Shown here one piece after another: positions 27,601-38,345 of a stretch of 64,000 nucleotides of DNA. The stretch's first letter is position 1. Every line of letters starts with the position of its first letter. The notes beneath the pieces were generated by a model. The model worked only from the letters and a program-made list of their open reading frames with translations, had not been told where the DNA came from and did not search any database. Source of the stretch: Trichoplax adhaerens (lineage: Eukaryota > Animalia > Placozoa); assembly GCF_000150275.1 (NCBI RefSeq), contig NW_002060960.1, forward strand, positions 820,469-884,468, given 5' to 3'. A program made the translations under genes and the position numbers.

Positions 27601-27799
27601 TTCAACTTTGATTGATTACAACTTAGACGCTATAAAAATTTTACGTTAACTGATTTCAGTCATCTTGAAGAAGTTAAGAAGTACCAAATTCATAATTATG
27701 AGTTAACGTCCAACGCTTTATATTTGTAATATTATTTAATTATGAACTACCATCCTATGCCGTATATTTATAATATCAAAAAGAAAGTAATATTTTGAG

Positions 27800-28935
27800 T
27801 GTTACAAAATAGCTATGCAACAAGATAACGTAATGTACGATCAATAAGTCGATTCCCTGACTAAGTATCAGGGTGGAATATCTACTTTATCAGGAACACT
27901 TTTTTGATACTAGTAGAATACACAAAGGCTCAGATGTCTCGTATTTTACGTTAAACACCAATCTCAGGAATTCTCTTTATTATACGATATATCGCATTTA
28001 TAGACTCTTTTATAGTAGTTTGGGCATCCTAGTTCGTAATATTAACGTTGAAATTTTCTAATGAATCAAAAGTTGATTTTATCTACTGCTATTTAATGAA
28101 GACAACATTACTTAAGAATATAGCTATCTAATAACTAATACAAAATAGTCTGATTACAATATGCCTGTCACAAAACAGCTTTGCAACAAGATAACGCAAT
28201 ATACGATCAATAAGTCAATTCCTTGAACCACGTATCAAGGAACGATATCTGCACTATCACAAACACTTTTGCTCTACTAGCAGACTACACAAAGACTTAA
28301 ACGCCTCGTATTTTACGTTAAACACTAAGCTGGAGAATTCACTTTATTTCACGATATACTGCATTTATAGACTACTCCTCAATAGTTCATGAGTCATAGT
28401 TAATACAATTAACATTAGAATCATTTACTGAATTAGATATTAATTTTAGCTACTGCTCCCTTCATGCAGACAACAGTATTTACGAACATAGACATATAAT
28501 GACTAATACAGAATAGTCAGATTACGATATGTCCTATCACGGAACATTTCCATGATAATTTACAGTCTACTATAAGTAAATTACAATCACAATGATTCGA
28601 ACTGTAAGCAGATGATTTGCATTCCCTATTAGAACTATTAATTTCAGTATGTGTATAAGTGTCACTGTCATAAAAAGTCAATGCTATATTAAAATACAGT
28701 ATATCCAAATTAGAAGTTAACTAAATAAGGATAGTCTAATAGAATTATCCTAACATTGATATTTCTACTGTAATACAATGTATAACACTGTAACAATGTC
28801 CTATCACAGAACATTTCCATAATAATCTACAATCTACTGTGAGTAAGTTACAATCACAGTGATTTGAATTGTAAGAAGATCATTATCGATTCCCTAAATT
28901 TAACTACTAGTTGCAGTATGCTGTATGTATAGTAT
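27800..28935 (-). mobile_element. Head-to-tail array of four LTR-like units (X1 27800-28158, X2 28166-28526, Y1 28535-28795, Y2 28802-28935 truncated)
   Basis: X1/X2 and Y1/Y2 are diverged direct repeats. Units start T(G/A)T(T/C)AC and end ATTACA/ATTACG/GTAACA, joined by ATATGCC, ATATGTCC, ATGTCC. X units carry minus-strand TATA then AATAAA. Confidence 0.7.
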
Positions 28936-29613
28936 TGTCACACACCACTAGTGACAAAGTAGTCTACACACGCCAATCCTTGCGGAGAACGCCACTTACT
29001 AACTTAAAGAGGCGAGATTAGCTATATCACCAAATAATTCAGTTCCAACGACCGAATACTATGGTATAATTATAGCGTCACAGATGATGTAGACGAGATA
29101 GTCATAGATTTACTATCATTTATTTCTGAAGGAATCTTAAATAACATAACCAACCCTCCCACCCTTAAAAACACCCGATTTTTATACTTTCTTTCCGATG
29201 GATTGCACGATAGATTATCTATACACAATCTAAGACTTCATAAAATTCTCAGAAGCCTTTAATTACACATACACACTGGATCTCTAGAAAGTATAGCACA
29301 TTGCACCTTTAATTAATGCTTATAAAGATTCCTACGCCCGTATTTGGCGTTGTACACTAGACAATGGGATCAGCTGATATACCATATCATATGTTCAGTA
29401 TATTAGTTTAGATCATTGACTCGGCTTCTATACCTATATGCTACGTAAACTACACTAGATCATCTATTGTACGTACACTACGCTAGACCATGGACTTGGC
29501 TGCTATTTTGTATAATTCAGTGTGCAGTTCTGCATCGTACGAACATTAGGCTAGACCTCCTGATCTACACAAAGTACAGTACTATTAGCACTTTGAAAGA
29601 TTGGCGTTATACA
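28936..29613 (-). mobile_element. LTR family E copy 1 (right boundary uncertain)
   Basis: First about 200 bp (TGTCAC...) match 61404-61606. Minus-strand GTATAAAAA near 29180 then AATAAA near 29120. Putative end ...TATACA at 29613; no clean TSD. Confidence 0.65.
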
Positions 29614-29639
29614 GCGTATTGCTCTCCTTTTATAGCTAA

Positions 29640-30060
29640 TAATCCAAATTGAAATTATTTGTGCAAATATACTATGAAGGGCAAATTCTCGATATTCACA
29701 TAAATTATTTTATTTCATTAATCAATCAGAATTGATCATTTGATGAAGGCTTATTATAGATATACGTATTATTAATTATTACGCTTTAAGCATAGAAAGT
29801 GATATTTGCTAATTGAAATGCTATTAATAAAATTAAATCGCATATTGTAGGCAATTTTGAAGTCATTCAATAGAAAAAATGAAACGTTTTGAATGTTTAA
29901 TTGTAGAAGCAGGTTATTTAATTTCGATAGCTCAAATTGTTAGAGGGTAAATTTGAGATAATTCGTAAGTCAAGACAACCAAATCAGAATTGAAGAAAAT
30001 TAAATCAAAAATTCTGGAGAAACTAGATAATTTTTTGCGATAGACTAGAATTCCCAAAAT
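29640..30060. repeat. Old direct duplication, copy 2 (empty site for LTR B)
   Basis: Colinear with 26778-27600 without the LTR; single ATCAT at the insertion point (GAATTGATCAT|TTGATG). Confidence 0.75.
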
Positions 30061-30779
30061 TTTCCATCACGGGTGAATGTAAAAATATTTAAAAGATTGA
30101 GTTTAATAGTATTAACAGGAGTAACTGGAAGATATTACCTTGGATATTTTTTATTAATATTAATTAAAGAAATTTTCGGATACGCTTCGAATCCTTTCGC
30201 TCAAGTTTTTTAATTATTCAACTCAGTTAATTAAATATTACGCAAATCAATGTTTTTTCGTCCTAGCGATCAGGATTATATTATGGTAATTAATAATTGT
30301 ATGCAATTATTTTCAAGAATAAAAGCAATACCTTCAATAGATTTTGTTAGCATTTCATTCTTTTATTGACGTATATAGCCTTATTTGAATTTAATATTTA
30401 CGTAGTGATTAAGAAGAATAACCTTCTCATCTACAAAGAAACTAATTACTATAAAGGCACGGTAACGGACGCATATAAATTCTTCGATTCAAATGAGATG
30501 AGGTTACATTGGCTTGCAATTTCAAATTTGTTATAAATAGGAGTCATATTGCAAGATTTCCTAACCGATAAATAACACAAATTGAATACTAATTTGCTCC
30601 TTTCTTCTAAATAAATAAAATCATAATGAAAAATTTTATTTAATTGTTACTAATATGTCTTCACAGATAGACTTTGATACAGATAAATTACTGGGTGAGT
30701 ACTTCGCTATTTTACATCAATGCTTATACAGCTCACTATCGAATAAATGGCATTAGGATGAATTTAACATTAAATCATC

Positions 30780-31030
30780 CAATTTAAATAAAACATCATG
30801 CAAATAGATAACAAGCTCAAAATTAGCGGTTTCTATGTAAAATTTTATGATTTATACAGTTAAGCATGTTTCTAGAGTTAAAACATACCAAAAGCAAATT
30901 ATTCCATTTTAACATACGCGCTCTTTGAATTCATAAGTTCACAAGCTAAAATACATACTGAACTACATTACAATTTCATATCCTAACCCTAACCCTAGCT
31001 ATGAAACACACATTTAAATTTTTACTGTTA
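30780..31030. repeat. Dispersed repeat F copy 2
   Basis: Alignable with 21095-21350; contains CCTAACCCTAACCCTA. Confidence 0.75.
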
Positions 31031-31329
31031 TTAACTTTGATAATATACAGTAGGTAAAATTGCAAATTTAAAATTCATCAAAATGTATTTAAGTTGCAAA
31101 AATTGCTGTAATCAATCGTTGATTTGTATTTTCAAGAGCAAATATTGTAGTAGTCGAAAGGTACAGTATTTACAGATAAAAATTGATTATAATTTATGAA
31201 GGTAATATTTTATTATTCGCATTTAAAATAGTCAGAATTTACAGGATAGACATACAGGTGCGGTAGTGATTGACTTGAAGACTTTGAATTAAATAAAATC
31301 TGGCAGAAGTAATCTACACAAGGTATATT

Positions 31330-32352
31330 TCAATGGCCTTGTATTGCTGAGCAGAAAGATTGAATAGGTTTTCTGAATTTTTTCAGCCATAATATATAAG
31401 CTATAGGACTAGGCAAACCAGTAGCTACAATAGTAACTTGTTGTATATTAAATGCGATTCCTACAAGATAAAAATTTATTTTATAAGCATAACCGAAATT
31501 AGATAAATAATTTGCTAATAGCCATAAAAAACAAAAAAAAAATTGCCAATAGGTCAGCTTTCGCAGCATTCTAGCCGCTAGTCTGACCGATTTACTGGAG
31601 TAGCTTTTAAATTGATGCGGTTGGATTCGGTTCATTCTTGATGCCGCTTCAAAAACAAAAATAAGGCGATGACGATGATATTTTAAACTATTTGCGATTT
31701 TATAGTGGCAAACCAGCATAATAATGAAAGGGATAATAATATTAGCTGTAGATATTGTAAGCTTAATAGACATCTGAAATTGAGGATTAGGAAAAAACCG
31801 GCAAAATCTGGCGGCCGATCTGTTTCGGAGTACAAGAATCGTGCGCGGCCATTGCTGAAGTAATCCTATCACCCATATACCGATTATGATTAAAATAGTT
31901 GTCCGAAGATTTATACTTGTACGTCGAGTTGAATTGGACTTGTAAACTAGCGTACGATACTTATCTATTGCAATAAAAGCTAATGTACAGTTAACTACCA
32001 TAACGGCTGTAACTGCTAAGGGTCGGATAAAGCCACAGATGATTTGAATTAATGTCTTGGAATTCTGCTTCCCTGGTATACCAGATAAAAAAGTGACAAG
32101 TAGCGGAATAGGATACAAGACAGCCACCATTATATTTGCGATTGCTAAATTGGCTAAAGCATAATAAGATGGTTTTCTTAAATTCTTATTTATATAGATA
32201 ACATATAAAATGTACGTATTAGCTAGTAGACTAATACAACTGGTAAGTATGTTGAAAATTATGGTGAACTGAATAGTAATTAACGGCAATGCAAAGATAT
32301 CATGCAGTGGCAAAGACGAATTTGATGTATTTCTTAAAATCTTTTCTGCCAT
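31330..32352 (-). CDS. Intronless rhodopsin-class GPCR (member 4)
   Basis: ORF; likely ATG 32352 (aaaATGG; alternative 32376); NLAIAN, CGFIRP, DKY, QQWPR, SPIAY, KKFRKP. Confidence 0.93.
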   Translation of the reverse strand: MAEKILRNTSNSSLPLHDIFALPLITIQFTIIFNILTSCISLLANTYILYVIYINKNLRKPSYYALANLAIANIMVAVLYPIPLLVTFLSGIPGKQNSKTLIQIICGFIRPLAVTAVMVVNCTLAFIAIDKYRTLVYKSNSTRRTSINLRTTILIIIGIWVIGLLQQWPRTILVLRNRSAARFCRFFPNPQFQMSIKLTISTANIIIPFIIMLVCHYKIANSLKYHRHRLIFVFEAASRMNRIQPHQFKSYSSKSVRLAARMLRKLTYWQFFFCFLWLLANYLSNFGYAYKINFYLVGIAFNIQQVTIVATGLPSPIAYILWLKKFRKPIQSFCSAIQGH

Positions 32353-33970
32353 TTTAATACAATATTCATAAATCATATAAGCCAATATTGCTATCGATGT
32401 GCTTCACAACTAAGTTCAATGCTGATGGATAATATAGCAGTATGAATACCAATAGCACCGAGCATAGCGTGCTAGATAAAATGATGATTGACTAAATATT
32501 TTTCATCGGAGTTCTAATAACAAAGAAAAGCTTAATATTTTTTATATAGCAGGACAAATAAATTGGTCAATATTCTTTAGTATCAGTACTATTAAAAATT
32601 ATAGGCGGATAATGTAGGTTTTTTGTTAAAGAATTATCAATAGAATGAATTTATTTGATCTATTGTGTGAGAGGGGAAAACACATTCTATGAGAGCCGCA
32701 GTAGACTTTTATTTTCGATTGGAGTATGTCATAACGAATTTGTGACGATGGACATTCTTACTAACTAGCTATATAGCTTCCGATTGAGTAAGTATTCAAA
32801 TTCTATATTTGAGACCTGGTTTACAATTTTCTGATGTCGTTTTCGATTGTTAATTTAAATATAATATAAAGAGGAATGGAAAGAATATGAAAAGACCAGT
32901 TAGAATTCCTTTACTCATATCAATATAGTGAATGTCGGTTATCGCTTTATTATTAAAGTTTAATATTTAAAATTGATAGGGGCAACAAAGCATTCACATG
33001 CACGATCTACGTGTACAATTACAAAAAATAATTTTTTGCAATCCTTTTCTGATTTCAGTTATGAGACAAATACCGAGGCCAAGAGAGCATTAGCGTATTA
33101 TATGCCTTCAAAATAATATGAATTAGAATGTTGCACGATTTTATTCAAGGATCTAGTGTCATCTTTGACAACAATTAACAGAACAGTGAATTTTCTATAT
33201 TAAACACCGTGCTCTTCCGTAATTGTGTCAAATTTTAATCTATTGAGTGATTGTCAGAATTTCACGATATTATTGCAATAGAATTTCGGTTTCCAAATCC
33301 GTCATCTAGTTCAATATGCTAATAGATTTAGTTCTCTCAAAATTACAAAAATTTTGGGGTAATTTTGATCCAATCAACAGTTAATTCGGTGATCATTATC
33401 AGAAAAGTATTCTATAGCACAATACAAAATCAAAACTGTATGGATAAACACTCTTTAAAAACCTAATCTATGATATAAAATCTACTTAAATAAATTTATT
33501 TACTTGCTTATAAAGTTATAGAAAATAATATACAATGCCGTGGTATTTGATTGATTACTTTAAGTTCTATGGTAATTCCTTACTACACTTTAAACTAAGA
33601 ATTAGACTTAAGATTTTAGTGTAATAAAGTATTAAGAGAATAGAAACTGAATTCATAAACAAATGTAAAGATTCATTAAAAATTTAACAACCAAATAGAC
33701 ATTGAATTTATCATAGGAACATCTAGAGAATTTTATTTAATCGTGATTGAAACTGGAAAGCTGAACGAGTATCAATTCCTTAGAAATACCTAAAACGCTA
33801 CCTTATAGTTTTTCTTTAATGAGTTTTTAATCATCTACTATACTAAATATGCAGGAATGTATCCAGAAATACTGCTTCTACGTCAGTAGTTACTCTTATA
33901 TGTTGGGTTTTATTTTAGTGTGGGGGAGTGTTACGGAGCAAAGCACCATACTTGCTAATTAAATAGATTT

Positions 33971-34997
33971 TGTTAGTATTTAGCTGTCACGGTACGAACT
34001 ACCGTGAAGAAATAGCTATCTAAACTTGGTAAATATAATATAGTGATAATATATTAAAACTAGTTACTTACAATAGGAATTACTCTAATTATAAATGTGT
34101 TACAGTAAATTTAATGCTGTGCTGTAATGTGCACTGAAATGATTCTGTGAATGAATATGTTGTAGTCCGAATGTGAAAAATTAGTTAGTAGATGTTCTCA
34201 CTAAAGTATTTTTATAAGATGACTCATGAATGTTAGCTGCTGTAGAAGGGTATATAAGCCCGTCAGATAGTAGAATAAAGTAGTTCTCAATTGTCTAGTT
34301 GAGTTTAATGTAGAATCAAAGGCGTCTAAATTCTTGTGAGATAGTTAAGGGATACTGAATCCCGGAGACTATAGTAATTAAGAGATTTATTTTACGTTAT
34401 CCTTGTCACGAAGCTGGTTTGTGACATTAGCTAATAGATCATATTCGTAAGTGATAATTGAAATTAAGAATATTAATAATGTCTAGATTGCTAGACAACA
34501 AAAGGCATAATTGTATTTTACAATTAATTAGTAGAGCCTATATAGATATTAATAATGGCGACACGTTAGCACCATCTGCGAACGCGCCATTATCGTGCAG
34601 AGCCTCAAGGGTCTAATTGGCTATTAATTAGTTATTGCTAATTAAAGTTGTTTACGTACTTGTGTCTATAGTAAACTATATAGTTTAATGAGGCTTGTCC
34701 TTCTATACAAATTATGTAAATCTTATATTGTCAAGTTACTATGTAAGCACCACAAATTTAGTTGAAGGGTATAAAAGGACGAGCAAATGCTCAGTTCCTG
34801 AGTTCTTTATTAGATCGTGTACGAAAAGGTACTCGGCTACTTTATTAATAAAAACTATACTATATAACTATAACTATACTGTATAGAACTACCATACAGT
34901 AGATCTTCAGGTGTAGTGGAGCAAGGCATAAGTAATCTATTAGTTTAGTGTAGTACAGTAGTAACTCATGTAAGCAGCAAACTAAACGTTACTAACA
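33971..34997 (+). mobile_element. Solo LTR family D (about 580 bp after removing nested LTR B)
   Basis: 8-bp terminal inverted repeat TGTTAGTA...TACTAACA, TATAAAA at 34770, AATAAA at 34847; flanks ATTT/ATTC. Confidence 0.7.
33985..34426 (+). mobile_element. Solo LTR family B copy 2 (442 bp), nested in LTR D
   Basis: TGTCAC...GTGACA ends, perfect TSD TTAGC, near-identical to 26875-27310. Confidence 0.93.
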
Positions 34998-36530
34998 ATT
35001 CTTTCAAGATTAGTACTAAAAAAATTTAAAAGTAATATATAGTAAAGTTATCGTGATTAAGTTTACACAATAGTAAAGAAAGTAGGCGCTTTTATAAAAT
35101 ATAAATGAATGTTTCTCTTGAGAAGTAATATTCCGAAAACATAATTATTCTAAAATGATACGTTTCGTATAGACAATTAACGTATTGATTATCTTTCCAA
35201 TAGGGTGACGATGAGTTTCCCTCGTTTAATGGAGTTAAGCAAACGATACTGAACGATTAAATACACCAACTTAATCAAGTTGTATTTTTAAAAAGTTACG
35301 ATTCTTCCTGATTATCAAGAAGTGACCTTTCCTACAAAATGTATATCTTATTTACGTCAGATAACATTACATTATCTATGGCGTTAAATATTCTCTTAAT
35401 AGACAAGTGCATAATTTTATAATATTATTTATAAACTTATAAGTAATGCTTACGCAGATTTAGTATAAGTTGAACAATTTCTCAATAAAATTTGGGTTCA
35501 GTGTTGCTCACGAGAGACTAGCGTGGAGTTAATCAATATTCTTCCTGACGATCTCCTATTGTCAGTATTTAGATTCATACCGTACTATAGGTAAATATTA
35601 CGGAGGAAAAATTTGATAGTAGGTTCGTAGAGTTAATTTCTGTATTACTTCAAATATTTCATCTTCCCTCTTATAAATCTAAATTTGTAACGACGAATTC
35701 ATAAATTTGATAATGGGCTGAAATCTTAAAATGCTACTATACCAAAATTCAAATCAGCCAATTTTATAGAGATTTTTCAGCTCTTTAAATTATATAACGA
35801 GTTATGTTTTTCAAGTTAATATTATAATAAATGGTTTATGATAGAAAATTGATTAGTTGTAGGCCTATAAATACCAAAATCATTGAACACTGACCAAAAA
35901 ACTTTCCTTAAAGTCTTTGAGATAGTAATTGCATAATATGGCTACAATTAAAATAATTTTGTTAATTATTTCAGTTATAAGAATTAACATACTAGCTAGT
36001 TAGTCATAAATTCCGATTAATTTACTGTGTTTCAAAATATAAATTCAGTGAAATACTATAGCAACTGACAAATTTAAAACATTAAACATATATAAATTTA
36101 AGACGTATAAGTTTTACTCACAATATGTAGATATGTATAAGCAAGCACAAATGCCAACAGCATATTAATTTTAGTAGCTATCCACAAAGGTACACGTAAA
36201 TTACAATCTATTAGTTAGGATTTCTTAGCTTAAAATAATATAACTAAATCGTTACATCAAATTATTGCGTCAATATTGTATAATTAATCTTAAAAGTAAC
36301 GAGTTTTTATTTTAATTAGCTTGTAAGCTAGATTTTAGAATTTTCCATTGTAGTATGAACAAATTCTATCTTGGCCAGAATAATATGCAAAGTAATAGTT
36401 GGTCTGGATAAGGAACATTGGAACAGGTTTTAAACGTGAGAGTGGTATTCCATGAAACTATATTAATTCTCTTAAGAGATTCAAAGTATTATTCAAGCTA
36501 AAAGCTAAGTGAAGTTAGGCATTCTACAAC

Positions 36531-37694
36531 TTAATTCTCTTTCATAAGAGACATATACACATTTTTAGCCATCCGCTGAAATCTAATCATCATTTCTGAA
36601 CTGCGAACACCATGTTCAGTAATGGAATCGTAAACCATTGCTTCGCTATAGTTGAGTTTGCTAGCATCATAAGTACGAAGTCGAAATCTTGGATTATGAA
36701 CTGGTAGAACTTTTGACGAAGAAGCTAATAATCCAATGTAAACATCATCAATACTTGTAATCTTATGATGAAACGGTATCGATTGAATCAATTTACTAGC
36801 AGTTTCTCGAGCCATGACATAACTAAATCCTGAACAGAATCGAGGAAATCGTGTACCAGCGAAATCCCTATATGATACATAATATTTACTGCCTTTATGG
36901 CGTACTGGAGCACTGCTGCCAGCAGAAACAAGACCAATCCAGCAATTGGCTGGATCAAAACTTGAAGTAGCACTGATTTTAAATAAATAATCTAGTAACC
37001 TCCACTTATTTACCCATACATCGTCGTCACCCTTGTAGTAAAACTTTGCTGGACAAATTTGATTTGCCCAAAACATACCTAATAGGGTTTTTTCGGTTAA
37101 AGATTTATGGTGCTCTTTTTTACCCATGACTAATAAATCACCATAAATCATTGCTTCTTGTTTGACTCGAGCATCCGTCGCAGCATTTCCTGTACGTCCA
37201 ACAATAAAAATTACTTTCCAAATATGCTTGCTATTAAAACGCTCATTAAATTCCTTTGCATTTCCCCATGTTTGGCGAATACCAAGACGTCGGTCGAAAT
37301 GAAACGCAGCACTATTAATCATGAGTAGTACAAACGGAGAATAATTACAGGGTTTGGCACTTATGTGTTCATCATAAGCAGAAATAAAGATATTACCAAT
37401 CATCTCCAAAGCAGCTTTTACAGATACTTCGCGGAAAATATTTCGTTCGTTGCTAACTAATTGGTTAGTTGAAACAACACTAGTATAAATATCATAATTA
37501 GTTTTAATCTGAAGATCGGTTGTTGGCCTTAACAAGATGAATTTGAAACAGCATCTGGTTTGAAATGCCGATAAAATCATTCGTCTAACATGAAAGTAGC
37601 TTACAAACAACAAAAATGCAACCATCAAGGCTATGGAGGCAGTAACTGCTCTTTTAGTTGATTTCAAGCTAGGTATAAAAAGCATCTTGTACAT
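36531..37694 (-). CDS. Beta-1,3-galactosyltransferase / B3GNT-like glycosyltransferase (CAZy GT31), intronless
   Basis: Type II membrane anchor (IALMVAFLLFVSYF), RRxxIRQTWG, IFIVG, EAxxYGDL, LTEKT, YKGDDDVWVN (DxD), FCSG, IDDVYIG. First ATG at 37694. Confidence 0.95.
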   Translation of the reverse strand: MYKMLFIPSLKSTKRAVTASIALMVAFLLFVSYFHVRRMILSAFQTRCCFKFILLRPTTDLQIKTNYDIYTSVVSTNQLVSNERNIFREVSVKAALEMIGNIFISAYDEHISAKPCNYSPFVLLMINSAAFHFDRRLGIRQTWGNAKEFNERFNSKHIWKVIFIVGRTGNAATDARVKQEAMIYGDLLVMGKKEHHKSLTEKTLLGMFWANQICPAKFYYKGDDDVWVNKWRLLDYLFKISATSSFDPANCWIGLVSAGSSAPVRHKGSKYYVSYRDFAGTRFPRFCSGFSYVMARETASKLIQSIPFHHKITSIDDVYIGLLASSSKVLPVHNPRFRLRTYDASKLNYSEAMVYDSITEHGVRSSEMMIRFQRMAKNVYMSLMKEN

Positions 37695-38313
37695 TAAACG
37701 AAGTAACAAATATATCTAATGCAGTTCCTTAATTTCTTATTTTTCTATCTAGTACCAAGTAGGTAGATTTATTAATGAAAGCCATAAATCTAAGCCGTAT
37801 ATTCTAGTTACAAAGGATCACAAAGGGTTAATACAAGTTTTTTCGTTTATTACCTTATAAATAGGTGAATACCAATACACATGTCTTTAATCATACTATC
37901 GATTTACATTGGTAATGGTACCTGCTTAATTAGGCATTCTTCTAAGTACTCGAAATATTTCTTTAAAAAGTTTAATAATATTGCTAAAATTTTAGGAATA
38001 GATCACTGGTGTTTAGGAGAAAATTTCAAAAAAGTGATCTACTTTTCACAGATTCTCTCGTTAGAGGTACCTTAAACGTGTAAATAACATCTAAAATTAA
38101 CCATCGAGTAGATTTGGCCAGCAATAAATCACTGCAAATGATTGAGAACCACTCTTAGCAAATCAAAACCCGCATATCGATAAAGGTGGTTACTAACAAC
38201 TGTAATAGTGTGCTTCCAATTAAAATTAGAAAAGGCTTCATTTATGAATTATTCAAGTCGGTAGACTACATTAAGAATCGGTTAACGTTTGGCAAAAATA
38301 TTTTATGAAAACA

Positions 38314-38345
38314 CTAGAGGGCCGTTACGTAGCGTTGCATAGCAG
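38314..38345 (-). mobile_element. Possible Helitron-type 3' terminus
   Basis: Minus strand reads GCAACGCTACGTAACGGCCCTCTAG|T: a GC-rich near-palindrome just upstream of CTAG followed by T. No 5' end identified. Confidence 0.35.

Noticed and set aside
30175-30200. tRNA T-loop-like TTCGAATCC
   Set aside because: No cloverleaf or A-box in the AT-rich flanks.
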